Below, one piece after another: positions 23,610-36,490 of a stretch of 64,000 nucleotides of DNA. Every line of letters begins with the position of its first letter. The first letter of the stretch is position 1. Below the pieces are notes generated by a model. It was not told the DNA's origin and made no database searches. It saw only the letters and a list, made by a program, of their open reading frames with translations. Source of the stretch: Takakia lepidozioides (lineage: Eukaryota > Plantae > Bryophyta); assembly GCA_030704615.1 (NCBI GenBank), contig CM060732.1:50840001-50904000 (forward strand), given 5' to 3'. The position numbers were made by a program, and so were the translations under genes.

Positions 23610-26600
23610 ATGGGGTCGGGCAAGCCAAAGCGAAAGCGGAACGGCCCAAAAGATGATGATCCTGGTGAGCCCGATGGGGGCGACATGTCACCGAGGCGGC
23701 CGTTTGAGGAAGCGATGCATGTTTCCGAAAACGAGGCCGCTTAAGAGCGGGAGGAACCCGAGGAGTCGGAGCCCGAGGAATCCTTGAGAGCTCCGACAAA
23801 CCAAGAGATGCCTCCCATGCCGGCAGCCTTTTGGGAAGGGTTGTTGGCGCAGTTTGGCGGGACGTTGAAAGACGTGTTGAAGGCGGCTAATGCCACTTCC
23901 ACTAAGGCAAAGTTTAAGGTGAAGCCTAAGGAACCCGACACCTTCGAGGGCATCCGAAATCGGAAGGCACTCAACACCTGGCTCCTGGAGCTAGAGCACT
24001 ACTTCCGGGCGGCCAAATTGAGTGACGAGGATCGGGTGGAAGTGGCTCCCACCTATTTGAGGGGCTATGCTCAACAATGGTGGCAGAAACGCCTTCACGA
24101 CCGAGGTCCAAGTCCGGAAACCTTGAACTGGAGTGGGTTCAAGGAATTGATGAAGAGACAGTTTGTGCCCCTCAATGCGTCTTGGCGTGCCCGGGACAAG
24201 ATGAGGAATTTGAAGCAAACAGATGACATTCGGGGATATGTCCAGGCTTTCAATGTGCTGTTGCTCGAAGTCGCGGATATGGCGGAACCAGAAATGGTCT
24301 TCAACTTTGTGGCGGGGTTGGCCCCATGGGCCAGGCGGAAGTTGGAGGAGAAGCCACCTAAGACTTTGAACGAGGCAATTGAGAGGGCTGAATGTTTCTC
24401 AGATGTCCCTAGGGGTGAAAGACAAGGCCGTACGGAGCTGAACCACAAGAAGACCCGGCGGGAAGGTGACTCCTTCCGACCGGAAAAGAAGTGGGATAGG
24501 CCACGCGGCGACAACAACATGTGGAAATCGAAGGGAGGGCCATCACAAGTCAAGGCGGCACCCGGTGCTTCGAAAGAAAAAGCGGGTGGAGCGGCCTATG
24601 GCGGACAGAAGGCAACCTTTGATGGAGTGTGTTTCAATTGTGGGGAGCCCGGGCACATGGCCAAGAAGTGCACGAAGCCCCGACAATTGAATATGACTCG
24701 GGCGACCACAGAACTGTCGGAAGATACCATCAGTCGCTTGGTGGAAGCGGTGGTCGCCAGGACTTGCAAGGTAGGCAAATATTCTTGTGAGTTGTATCAG
24801 GAAACTGGCGCATTGCGTAAAGGGAGTCACTTATTGTTCGTGGATGGGATAATATCCGGAAATAACGTGTCATTGTTGGTGGACACAGGAGCGTCGCACT
24901 CCTTCATGACACCGACAACGGCACAAAAGCTGGGACTCCCGACAACTGACGTAGGGGCCTCTATTGAGGTGCGTTCTGCCAAAGGAGAACTGCAATTGGC
25001 GACGAGGTTGGCGTTCGATGTTCCTCTTCAACTGGGGAGTTGGGAGGGACGTGAGAACTTCACCGTCTGCGAGATCGATGGAGTGGATCTCATTTTGGGG
25101 ATGACCTTTTTGAGCAAATCCGGAGCGGTCATAGATGGCCGCAAGAGGGTAGTCACGCTGCCATGTTGGAATGGTGGCGAGGTCTTACGAGTTTCGGAAA
25201 CGCCCAAACCCGTGGGAGGGCGAATAAACCTTCTATCAGCAAGGGAGTGGGCCGTGGAGGAGGCACACGAGCCCCAATTTTTGCTCTACATTAGAGAAGT
25301 GAAGGGAGAAGGCGATGGAGAGCCGAGCCCAGATTGGATCAAGGGGATTTTGGAGAAATACCATGATGTGATGCCGGAGGATTTGCCAAGCGGCTTGCCA
25401 CCGCGAAGAGGAGTTGACCACAAGATTGAGGTGATACCGGGATCGGAACCGCCTGCCAAGGCGCCCTACCGGTTGAGCCACAGAGAGTTGGTCGAGCTGA
25501 AGACTCAGCTCAAAGATCTAATGTCAAAGGGGTACATCCGGCCGAGTAAGTCACCTTACGGAGCCCCGGTGCTATTTGTAGATAAAAAGGATGGGACGCT
25601 GCGGATGTGTGTCGATTACAGGGCTCTGAATAAGGTGACTATCAAAAACCGGTACCCTTTGCCAAGGATCGACGACCTTTTCGATCGGTTGGCAGGAGCG
25701 AAGTATTTCAGCCGGATCGATCTGCGCTCCGGCTATCATCAAATTTGAGTGGCGGAAGGAGATGAGGAGAAGACCGCGTGCAGGACAAGGTATGGTTCAT
25801 ATGAGTTCTTGGTGATGCCTTTTGGGCTCACCAATGCACCAGCGACATTTAACACGCTGATGAACAGCCTTTTCCAGGAGTGGTTGGATGACTTTATGAT
25901 CGTGTACATCGACGACATCTTGGTGTATTCGAAAACAAAGGAGGAGCACCTGGAGCACCTCTAAAGGGTGTTCCAGAAATTGCGGGAAGGGAAGCTGTAT
26001 GCCAAAGCTTCAAAGTGCAAATTCGGGGTCACAAAAGTGGAGTTCCTGGGGCATGTGATTACACAGGATGGGATCAAAATGGATGACAGAAAGGTGAGGG
26101 CGATCTTGGACTGGGAGCCTCCGACTTCGGTCCCGGGAGTGCGATCCTTCCTTGGACTCGCCTCCTATTACCAGAAGTATGTGAGAAATTTCGCCAAGAT
26201 CGCGGGGCCGTTGTCAGACCTTCTGTGTAAATCTAAAGTCTGGGCATGAAACACCTTTTGTGGCCAGGCTTTTGCTGAATTGAAGCAGCGGATGGCGGAA
26301 GCTCCAGTCTTGAAAATCCCGGAGTTTGATCGTCCGTTCGAGATACATACAGATGCATCGGACTTCGCGATTGGGGGTGTACTGATGCAAGATGGACGTC
26401 CAGTGGCTTACGAAAGTAAGAAACTGAATGAAGTGGAGCGACGGTGGCCGACGCACGAGAAAGGGATGAAGGCGGTGGTGCACTGTCTTGAGCTTTGGCG
26501 CCACTATGTTGGTTCCAACCCAGTGAAGGTGTTCACGGACAATGTCACGGTGAAGTATTTTGCCACGCAGCCCAAGTTGTCCCCAAAACAACTTAGGTGG

Positions 26601-28172
26601 CAAGATACTTTGGCGGTGTTCGACGTGGATATCCAGTACAAACCGGGGCGAGACAACGTGGTGGCCGATGCTTTAAGTAGAAAGTAGCAGCTCTTGTTGG
26701 TGTACAAGAGCGAGACGACGCTCCAAAGGAAGATCCGGAAGGCTTGTCGGAAGGATGAGCTGGCGAAGTCCGTGATGCAGGACTTGAGGATGGGGGTTAA
26801 ATCGCAGTTCCACTTGCAAAATGGACTGCTCCGGTATAGGCAAAAGCGTCTCTACGTGCCGAAGGGAGGGATCAGAGATAGCCTCTTGAGAGAATGCCAT
26901 GATAGCCCGCTTGCGGGCCACGGCGGAGCCAAGCGCACTGCGGCACTCTTGAAGAAAGAGTATTTCTGGCCCAAATTGAGGGAGGAGGTAGAGGAGTATG
27001 TCAAGACATGCACCACATGCCAACAAAACCGGAGCGAGTACAAAAAGCAAGCGGGGCTGTTACAACCTTTGCCGATTCCAGAGGGGACTTGGGAAAGCGT
27101 CTCAATGGATTTCATGACTGCTATGCCGCTGTCAAAAGGATTCGATGCAATCATGGTGGTGGTGAATAGGTTCAGTAAAATGGGCCATTTCATCCCCACC
27201 AAGGAGACGGCAACGGCGCAGGAGACAGGGCGACTTTACTTCACACACGTCTTAAAGCATCATGGAGTCCCGAAGGATATTGTCTCGGACCGCGATCCAA
27301 AGTTTACGAGTAAATTTTGGAGGGCACTTTGGAAGAAGATGGGGACGAGGCTGAAAATGAGCACCGCCTTCCGACCTACGACCGACGGCCAAACAGAAAG
27401 AGTGAATTCCGTAGTGAAGCAAATCTTGCGGAATTACGTGTCGGCAGACCAAACAGACTGGGTGGAACACTTAGATGCGGCAGAGTTCTGTTATAATAAC
27501 ACAGAACACTCCGCAACGGGAGTTTCCCCTTTCGTATTGGTCTATGGAAAAGCACCTCTGGTGCCGACAAGTTGGGCCGCCTAGGACGTTGAGGAACCGG
27601 CAGTAGCGGCAGTACTGGAAGAACGCGAGCGTTTGTTGAAGCTCGCAAAGTACAACATTGCCAAAGCTAGGAAACGGTATAAAAGGCAGGCGAATCGGAA
27701 GCGGAGGGAAGTGAAGTTTGAGGCAGGCACAGAGGTCTGGTTGAATATCAAGAATTTCCGACTACCTCCGGAAGTCAGTCCGAAGTTCGTACCTCCGTAT
27801 GCGGGACCCTTTCGCATTCGGAAGGTCATGAATGAGGATGTGTATGAATTGGAGCTGCCGGCAAATAGCAAGGTGCACCCAGTATTCCATGTCTCCTTTT
27901 TGAAGCGTTACTTCAAAGATGAAGCGCGTCCGAATCGGCATCAAGTGTTGCGTCCGCCACCTATGCTGTTGGATCATGAAAATGAACCTGAGTACGAGGT
28001 GGAGGCAATACTTAAGTCGAGGAGGTTCAAGAACCGAGAAACGGAGTATCTCGTCAAATGGAAGGGCTATCATCAGGTGGAGGCATCTTGGGTGCGTGCC
28101 TAAAAAATGGGAAACGCATCCGAGGCGGTTGCAGTTTTCGAAGGGCGACCTCAAAAGCGGAAGAAGCGTTGA
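23610..28172 (+). pseudogene. gag-pol polyprotein with seven in-frame stops and no frameshift
   Basis: Zn knuckle [14 protein letters not shown], protease [16 protein letters not shown], RNase H TDASD, integrase HHCC/DDE, chromodomain EYEVEAILKSR..YLVKWKGY. All ORF pieces are in one frame. Confidence 0.95.
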
Positions 28173-29077
28173 TGGGGACATCAACTTTGGAGCGTGGGGG
28201 AGGAAATGCATGCTTAGCCCGGCTTAGCTAGCTTAGGAATCCGATTGCAAAAACTTGTATTGTACAAAACGTGCTATAAATGAAATGGCTTCCAAATGTT
28301 GTGCGTCCTATTTTGTTTGGAATGGTGATGCATGGTATGGTTGGCTAGTGTGTAGAATGCATGCTAGCTTATAAAAGTGGGAGAGGTAAATTGGGTTAAC
28401 CGTGTGTTTGCGTAGTGCCGAAATCGGGTGACCCCCATCCAAGGGGAAAGGAAACTTGTGCCTTCTTTGGGAGTTCACGTGCTAGTGCGCACCTGGCGCG
28501 TGCGCGTACTATAACTGCGCTACCGAGAGGGTTGCCTTCTAGTGCGGGCTAACGCGGAAGCTACGTGCTTCCGTCCACGTACTATAATCGTGTAGCCTCG
28601 GGACGAAGTCGTAGTGCGGCTTCGGCGTGTTCCCATACCTCAGGCCAGCATTCCAAGGCGGACCCAATTGTAGTGATTGGGGCACACGGTTGGTTCAAGG
28701 TTATCTTCCTAGTCAAAGAGGGTTCCAGGTGAACCCTTGCTCAAGGTGATGCCAAAAGCGGCATCATGAGCGGTCGCAAGCAATGTTGTTGCAGTAAGGC
28801 GATTCGATCCTCGGGGATGATCGTTCCTTGGCCTTGAAGTTGGCCAAGAAGAGTACACTGGGAGGAGCTTGAGAGGCTCCACCCTTGGCCGGGACTTGGA
28901 GGAAGTCGGCCGAACTAGCTAGTGGAGAGTAGAGTCAAGTGTGGGGTTTGGTTCTTTGCCATGGGACGCCATGGTACGGAAACAAACTCCTTGATGTGGG
29001 ACGCCACAACTTGGAGGTTCGTTTCTACAAAATGGACAAGTCGATGAGGACATCGACTCCCTGTTGGTAGGGGTGTG

Positions 29078-29805
29078 TGTCGCGGCCCTTTGCCTTGAGG
29101 GAAGGGGGGCTCGGGACACGTGAGGGGCTGCCCCTGTGGTGGGGGCAGCGACAGCAATAGGATGGGGGAGCTGAAGCACCCTTGAGTGCCCAAGGCACTC
29201 AAGGAGGCGGAGGCGCTCACTAGGTGGAGCCCCGCACACCGGGTTGCGGTGGGGGTGGATCCATAAGGGGTGGTGGTAGCTTAGCGGGACTTAGTGGGGG
29301 TGGCATAGGACTCACCATGGGGGCGGAGACCTCGTGGTGGGAGTCATGGGGAGTCTTGGGACTCATCACGGTCCATAGGGGCCGTGATGAGTGGGCCAAG
29401 CCTCACCGCGACTCATCACCGGGAGTCGAGGGTTTTCGTGGTGGTTCGCCATAAAATGGCATGGCTGGTTGTGAAACCCCCGCGGACAGCTACAGAAGTA
29501 TATATAGGGAGTAGTAACCCCAAGAACGGTGCAAGCCCGTTGGTGACCAAAAACTAGTGAGTGAGCAAGCGAGCCGGAAAGCGACCAAAGAGTGGGGAGC
29601 TGTTCCGGACTGCCGTCTACCAAAGGGAATTCCACTAGGCCCAAATAGGTGGAGGGTTTAGTGGGGGAGCGAAGGGGGACCGTTATGTCCCGGTGAGCAG
29701 CCGAAGCTCCAAGTTGGCCCGACGGCCAGGTTGGGAGTCAGGCGCACGCATCAAAGCGAGTAACTATGACTTGAAGGGGAGTTTACCGAAGTGAGGTGCG
29801 CGACA
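29078..29805 (+). repeat. 3' LTR (728 bp)
   Basis: Direct repeat of the 5' LTR with a ~22-bp extra segment near 29720; preceded by a purine-rich tract. Confidence 0.96.
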
Positions 29806-30646
29806 TGTTTGGTGCCGTAGTAGCAGCGGCATGATGCGTCGTTGACCATCCAGATCGTTTATCTTGACGTCTTTCGAACAAACGATTATCGTATGCAACG
29901 ACCTGGGTAATGAATTCGCTCAGTGTGCTCACGTTTGGCATTGTCAGCAACAAATCTTTTGCATCCTCTTTTAGTCCACATCGAAACTGACTAATGAGGC
30001 TCTTCTGATTCCAGTCGAGGTCGCACGCAAGTTGTCGAAATTCGGCAACATAAACGGAAGCAGGACGTGTTCCTTGTCGAAGATTTGGCATCTTTGTCTC
30101 TGCAACTCTCTCCCTATCATTTTCTCCAAACGTTGCAGTGAACTCGGACATGAATGCTTTAAAATTATATAGTAAATGCGATTTTTTTTTCTAATAGTGG
30201 TGCAAATCAAGATAGGGCAGTGCCTGATAGAAGAGTGCATCCCACTTGAATACCTTCATCGGGGTAACGTTGTGGATATAGTCGGAGGAATAGTCGTATT
30301 TGTTGAACAAAACCACGAAAGCTTGATCTCATCCCATCAAATTTATCGGGCATGCTGATCTTTGGTTCTCTCGTAATCTATTGAAGATGAACCGTTGCAG
30401 TAGGAGTTGTTGCAGTAGAGACTCGTATGGTTGAAGATCCATTATTTGACTCCTTTAACTCTGAAATTTGTTGTTGCAAATTGTGGAGAGCGTTGCCAAG
30501 ATCTTGAGACTGATCAGCTTGTAATTGGGCGGTAGAGGTACAAAGTTCTTACATCTGGAGTTGAAGTCTCTGCAATGTGGCAACCATTTCCGCAAATGTG
30601 CCTTCCATCTTAACTAACTAAGAAACAAACTTTAGTCTCGTCAAAC

Positions 30647-31028
30647 TGTCAAGGACAGAGCATGACTGAACACAAACAAGAGATCAGACTAGATGTACAA
30701 GACTAGACAAGAAGTCAAGGTTGGCGTGACTGAATGCATGGGTCCGAAAAACTGCACACCCCATAACAGGGACATTAATACATGGATTGTGCGGTAGTGG
30801 GACCCAACAGCCTAGGCTTGGAGAAGTGTACGTGTAAGAGACAATATTCTAGAAGGGTCCCACCGCTGAGGGCTCGGCGGGCTTCTAGAAGGTCCCTGTG
30901 AGGGTATAGAAAGAGAGTCGGGGGCTCTCTTCCCCTCTCACTGACTACTTACTCACTTACTAGTTACTAGTACCTAGGGGGATCTGCACTTTGCACACGC
31001 GGGGCCCCCCAAAAACAAACCCATGACA
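30647..31028 (-). repeat. Probable 5' LTR of the older Ty3 element
   Basis: TGTCA..TGACA termini, ~40 bp upstream of the gag start; no tRNA-Met PBS; no second copy in the window. Confidence 0.6.
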
Positions 31029-31034
31029 TAATAA

Positions 31035-33285
31035 TTTTTTTATTTTTATTTTTATTTTTATTTTTTTAACAGGGATTGTGCCCTGGAAGCTTTATTTATG
31101 TTTATTTTTGGCGGGGAAAAAAAGAAAACCCCTAAAAGTACCATGAAGGTATACTGCTGCTCAGTCACTCCCCCCCCCACCGTAGTCAGTGAATGGCGAA
31201 TCGACCTCCTATTGGAGAGTTCCGAAAAATTAGGGCAACATGCCCAATGTAGTGCTAAGTTGTTGAGCGAGTAGCTCACCCAGGGAGCTTCTAGCAAGCA
31301 GCAGTCTAAGCGCATAAGTAGGTTTTGGCAGTAGAGGTAGAGTCCTAGACTACTCTACTGCTATCGATCTGTTCTTGGAATGTCAACGGAACTTGAGTCT
31401 CGCAGCTGACTTGATCTGGCACTAGATAATGTCCCTGTCAAATTCGGGGGAGAGAGTGGATGGCCGTTCTAAGCCCCCTCCAGGCGTCTGGTGGGCTGGC
31501 AGCCCAGTTGCATTCGCTTGGTTAAGTGGTAGTGCAGATGTGCCCTTGCTTGCCCCAGGACGATCTGAAGTCTGCATGCAGGTTGGCCGCTCGTTGAGGG
31601 TGTCTGTCCATTTCTGCACACGTTTTACCCATGCTTTTCTAGCATCAATATGCATATCCCAGAAAATGCGAGCTAATACTGCGGATAGTGACAGAGTCTC
31701 ACCAGAGAGTGACCAGGAGCAACGTACTTTCCATAGTTGCCATAGTGTAGAAACCCGGAGGCTTTCAAAGACTGGGTAATCAATGGCTTTCGATTTGGAA
31801 TTTGTGTCATAGTTTAGAAGTAATGTAAGTGGCGTTTGTGGTTGGGTATCCCAGATGGTGTAGAAAGCCTTTATGATTCTCCAGATTGATTCTGGGCCTT
31901 GGCACAAGAGGAGGCAGTGTTCTAAGGATTCTAGCACTCCTGCGGAGCAACCTGCACATAAAAGAGCGCCCTGGAATTGAAGCCATTCCCCCACCTTGAG
32001 CATTCTGTTGGCAATTTGCCATAGGAATGCAGACATTTTTGCAGATTTGGTCTTGCTCCAGATGTTGCTCCAGATCGCTTTCCAGGTTTCATTGGCGAAG
32101 CCATAGTCCTGCCATTTAGCATTCCACTTGGAGTGAAGAGGGCTAAGTTTGGCCAGTGTTCTGTGGGCTTTTTTTGCTGAGTAATTGAAGAAGGGGACTT
32201 GGGATCGGCCAAAGGCCCATGTCCATTCTTTAGGGTCAAATTGCAGGTCTGTCAGCGGCCTTCCTAAAATCCAGATGAAGTTGTTTGCTGCAAGCCAGAT
32301 GTGTAGAGGTAAGGTGGGATCAGGTTGAGGGTTCATATCTTTTGTCGGGTATGACCAGCAGCATATCCTAACCGGGGTATGTGGAAAGATGGGGTAATCA
32401 ATGGGTTGCTCGCTATTCAGAGACAGGGTCAATATCAAATGGAAATCCTGTCAGGGTATAATCGGATCTCTGGAGAACGAAAAGAACAGTTAGGTTATTG
32501 TTGATGATCCCAAGAGTCCAGTAAAGGGATTGTGGATTTGAAGGACCAGTCTGGAGATTCGAGAGCCAATTGGGGGGGATGGAAGCTGTGATTTGAGGCA
32601 ATCCAGCTGTGGCCCTGTTTTTGCCAACACATAGTGCAATGATATCTGCCTCTTTAAAGCCATTGTTGCTCCATATATCTTTGAGCTGGCAGATCCCCTT
32701 ATGATCCCACGAAGACCATCGTCTGGCCTGACAGCGTTGGGCTTGTGGTGGTTTGGCTGTTGTTTAAGAAGATGTGCTGCCGGGCCGTCTCCTCAAATGT
32801 CTGAGGTTCCTGTTTTTTAAGGAGAGGCCTGAGTTTGGCCCATGCTTGCCAAATGGTTGTCCACAAATGTGAGCCTACGAGCTTGTGTTTGAAGCCCTGC
32901 ACTGCCCATCTAAAGGAGGGACCCCAAGATGAGTTCCGGAGGGGTGATGCAGCCATGATGTTCCCTGCCACGAGAAATTTCCAGCATCCCCCCTTTGGCC
33001 AAAGAATCTAGGGACCCATTTTCCTAACAAAGCGGTAATTTGTATCTCTGGATCGATGACACCCAGACCACCATCCTTTTTGGGGAGGCATATTTGTCTC
33101 CAGGAGACTTGGGGTCTTTTCCAGCTTGGCGATGATGATTTAGCTCCCCAGATAAAGTTCCGAAGTAGGGTTCTAACCTGTTTGATCTGGGAGGTGTTTG
33201 GTCGCCAGGACGAGGAAAAGTACCAAATGCCTGCAGAGAGGACTTGATTGACTGCCAGTGCTCTACTTGTGACGGAGAGGTGCTT
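31035..33285 (-). mobile_element. 5'-truncated L1-like LINE (ORF2 C-terminus, zf-RVT) with an A-rich tail
   Basis: KMSAFLWQIANRMLKVG..CAGC..ESLEHCLLLC..W; (TTTTTA)n tract at 31035-31068 is the minus-strand A-rich tail. Confidence 0.88.
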
Positions 33286-33288
33286 TGT

Positions 33289-33469
33289 TTGCGAAATGAC
33301 AATTCAATTGAATTGTCAACTCGCAATTCAATTGAATTGCAAACTATAAATTTTTACGATATAACATATATCATGTATATGTATATATATATATTCATCG
33401 TATACACATATACATACGAGAGTATAAGCTGAATATACATGCTGCTCGTCTATTCCTGCTGCCCGTCCA
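33289..33469 (+). repeat. Left arm of a ~170-bp inverted repeat with CAATTCAATTGAATTG palindromes
   Basis: Reverse complement of ~36167-36321. Confidence 0.85.
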
Positions 33470-33519
33470 TCCTTTGCTTGTGGTAAGGCCTAAGTCACGA
33501 GATGAGTCACGTAGCCTAA

Positions 33520-33570
33520 AGGAGAGAGATGAGAGAGAGAGAGCGAGAGCGAGGGAAAGGGAGAGAGAAA
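33520..33570 (+). repeat. Imperfect (GA)n tract
   Basis: Visible in sequence. Confidence 0.6.
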
Positions 33571-34129
33571 TGAAGTGATGAAGGGTTTTTAGGGCAGAGG
33601 TGCCCTAAAAGTGAAAGGATCAAATCAGTTGGAGGACGAGAAGTAGCGAGAGAAGAATGCAACAACAAGAGATTTGTGGAGCGGTGGTGGCGCTATGTAT
33701 TATGGAAGCCTTCTTGGATCACCAAATGACAAGATCTGCCCATGAGTAAGCACATTCCCACACTGACATGAGTTCCCCCAATCATTGATAAAAATATCAT
33801 TTTAGCTAAAATTGTACTTCTTGTATACGTGCAGGTGACTCATGAGCTTTGAGGAGAGAACTTTAGGGGTAGTAGAGTGGGTTACCAAACGCTCCTCAAC
33901 ACACACACTGAAAGAAAGAGCTTGATCACATGGTTTGTCTTCAACCCGCCCACACTGTGTACTGTGGTTTGCTAATACATTTTAGGATAGAGTAGTTGTT
34001 GGTTTCAAAGTACATTTTCAAAGTACAGTTGTTGGCAAGTACAAGGCAAGCAACAGAAAACAGTAGTGCCTCCAACAGCGTATATTCTTGTGTCTTACAC
34101 TATCACAATCTGAGTTGTAAACCACAACT

Positions 34130-34420
34130 TACCATCCCACAACCATGTTTGGCATATCCTGCAATCAGTGCACTCCACGACACCACATCTTGTTTAGCCA
34201 TATTGTCAAAGACTCCCTTTGCATCCTGGATACTCCCACATCTGGCATATATGTCCACTCGGGCATTTTCCAGAATAATATTTGGTACAATCCAAGCTTT
34301 CCTGATGTCAGCACATAGACTTCTTTGCCCCTTTCAGCACCATTTGCTCATAGGTCTCCAAGCCTTCATCCCACAACCATGTGGCATATCCAGCAATCAT
34401 TGCACTTCATGATACCACAA
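34130..34420 (-). pseudogene. PLS-PPR fragment
   Basis: Minus strand reads VDIYARCGSIQDAKGVFDNMAKQDVVSWSALIAGYAKHGCG. Confidence 0.85.
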
Positions 34421-35561
34421 CTTGCGGTAGAAGACCTTAGTTCAAAACATAAGAGAAATAGAGACATACCCTTCGAGTTGGGATCATGCCGCTCGTAGCC
34501 CACCACCTTGCACACCTGTTGTTGTTGCAATGTCTGAGCTCAGTAAGCATAAGCTTAAGCTCGCTTAAGTAACTCTACTTCTCCTCATAATACATCCTCA
34601 GAGCAGCAGGACAGGAGCAAGAATCTCAAGGATCTGCAGAGGGGCCCGTCCATAGCACTGCAACCATAAGTTCACTTGTTGGAATACTTGTGATTGTAGA
34701 TAATAAAGCAATGTTTGATTGTTTAGGGGACCCAGAGATGCAAGACACACAAGATTACTGAGAGGTTCTCCTACTTTTAGGCTTGATTCTTCAATTGTAG
34801 ACAAAGTTCATGACTAGTTAGCATTTCCAGCAAACTCATTGAGTAGAGAATTTTTTTGAGAGTCAACTAGACCTAGTGAAGCAGCACATTGAACCACTAA
34901 GTATACTGGACATACTGCTAAATCTCCTCTAGTAAAATTCCGAAGGGCTGTCCAAGTCTTCCACTTGGAAGGGAAGTCCAACTTAGAAGCCCTTATAAGC
35001 TTGGACAGGTTAAGTTTTGGAAATGATAAGATAACACACCTCACAAATATATAGTGACTATGCACCATACCACCAACCTAACAGATTGGAAAAATCTCAT
35101 AGTATAGTCAGATCAGAGGCAACCCCCTCTTATGGTTATTCTTTCCTAAAGTCCTCTCATAGGTAATGGCACTCCATAAGTAGCATGTCCGAGGGACTAC
35201 GACCAACCTACTTGGCTACCATTATGTAAGGGAGTCAAAAGTGTAGACCACTTGAGCCAAAATTCACCTAAGTGTCTGTGTAGGAAGGGGCTGTCAAAAT
35301 TTTCAACACGGCTGAAGCCAACATCACTGGTTCCTTGGGAAGATAACACATAGAAGACACCTTAAAGTCTCTTCTTCCTAGAAAATGTGACAGTAGCCAT
35401 TCTTCTGCTATTTCTCCCTAGTTCATGTAGTGCAAAGGCAGCAGCTCATTTGCCAGCATTGAACATTTAGGGTAAACCATTTGCATCCTCTTCTATACAT
35501 GGCATGATGAAAAAGCTTCTCATCAAAGCCCTCGAGACATTTTGGAAACATTGGCTCGAAA

Positions 35562-36093
35562 CTACAAAAACCTAAACTGCTTCGAGGAACAAAGCCTAGG
35601 CTCACTTTGAGAATCCACGTATTGATCGACATCAGACTTGAGGGCGCTCAGCTGACCTTCCGACGCAACTTTGATCTTGTCATCATTGATAGTTATCAAA
35701 ACTTTGGCTTGGAATGCAATTGCATATGCATTTGGGTTGCAAAATACCTCAAAGAAAACACCATCATCTCCTGTCTGCCGGTACTCCATTGTGTCCCATC
35801 TCCGTGGCCTCGTGGCCTTCTCCTTCTCTTCAAATGTCGTCAGGAGGCCGACGATGGCAGAGCTTAGACCCTTGGCTGCGTCTACCGAGAATGGCAGAGT
35901 GAGTGACGTCTCCCCGATTTGGAAGGTGATGGGGGATTTCGTTGCGAGAATGAAGTAGATTCTTTCGATCAAAATTGCGGAAGGCCGAACAAAATCCAAG
36001 CCTAAGACCAACTAAGAAAAACACAACTACTTTAGAATCCACCGAAAACTTTGGATCAGCAGCACTGTCCCGGGTCCTCACTTCCCTGCTCAC
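35562..36093 (-). CDS. Homologue of a small conserved cyanobacterial/plastid-type hypothetical protein; 5' end unclear or frameshifted
   Basis: MEYRQTGDDGVFFEVFCNPNAY..FQAKVLITINDDKIKVASEGQLSALKSDVDQY resembles, from memory, a cyanobacterial family with EVFCNPN..AKVL.T; intronless. Confidence 0.55.
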
Positions 36094-36166
36094 AAGTCTT
36101 TAGAAACAAATTCAAATGGCTCCATTCGTAGTACTCACTGTCGATTTATTTCCCCTGTCCCATTCC

Positions 36167-36490
36167 TGGACGGGCAGCAGGAATAGTTGTATATTCAGCT
36201 TATACTCTCGTATGTGTATGTATATACGATGAATATACATATATACATATATTATATATGTTATATACAAAAATCCGTAAAAATTTATAGTTTGCAATTC
36301 AATTGAATTGTCATTTCGCAATTCACTTGAATTGTAGACTACAATTCAATTGAATTGTCAATTGTCAATTCAATTCAATTGTGTACCGACAATTCAATTG
36401 AATTGCAAATTAGGGTTCTTTTCAAGCTGGTTTTTGCAATTCAATGGAATTGCAAGGGCAATTCAATTGAATTGCGCACTTTTAGGGGGG
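36167..36490 (-). repeat. Right arm of the inverted repeat plus an array of CAATTCAATTGAATTG palindromes
   Basis: Seven or more exact or degenerate AATTCAATTGAATT units at 36295-36475. Confidence 0.85.

Larger units (their letters stand above)
22848..29805 (+). mobile_element. Full-length Ty3/gypsy chromodomain LTR retrotransposon
   Basis: Two near-identical LTRs with TGTCGCG..CGCGACA ends; TSD TGTTT (22843-22847, 29806-29810); tRNA-iMet PBS; single-frame gag-PR-RT-RH-IN-chromo. Confidence 0.97.
21595..31028 (-). mobile_element. Older Ty3/gypsy element (5' LTR, gag, protease, start of RT), truncated and split by a younger LTR element
   Basis: LTR 30647-31028; gag LRQGTRPASVYVAEFRQLACDLDWN; MQID..LCLYCGEEEHIALNCP; ILPEHRPYD; [28 protein letters not shown]. 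Confidence 0.9.

Noticed and set aside
23742-28103. Stops rescued by U-to-C editing or readthrough
   Set aside because: U-to-C editing is organellar; seven scattered stops (one probably TGG>TGA) fit mutational decay.
36295-36475. Short palindromic repeats with variable spacers resembling a CRISPR array
   Set aside because: Repeats are 14-16 bp with irregular, very short spacers; no cas genes; eukaryotic context.
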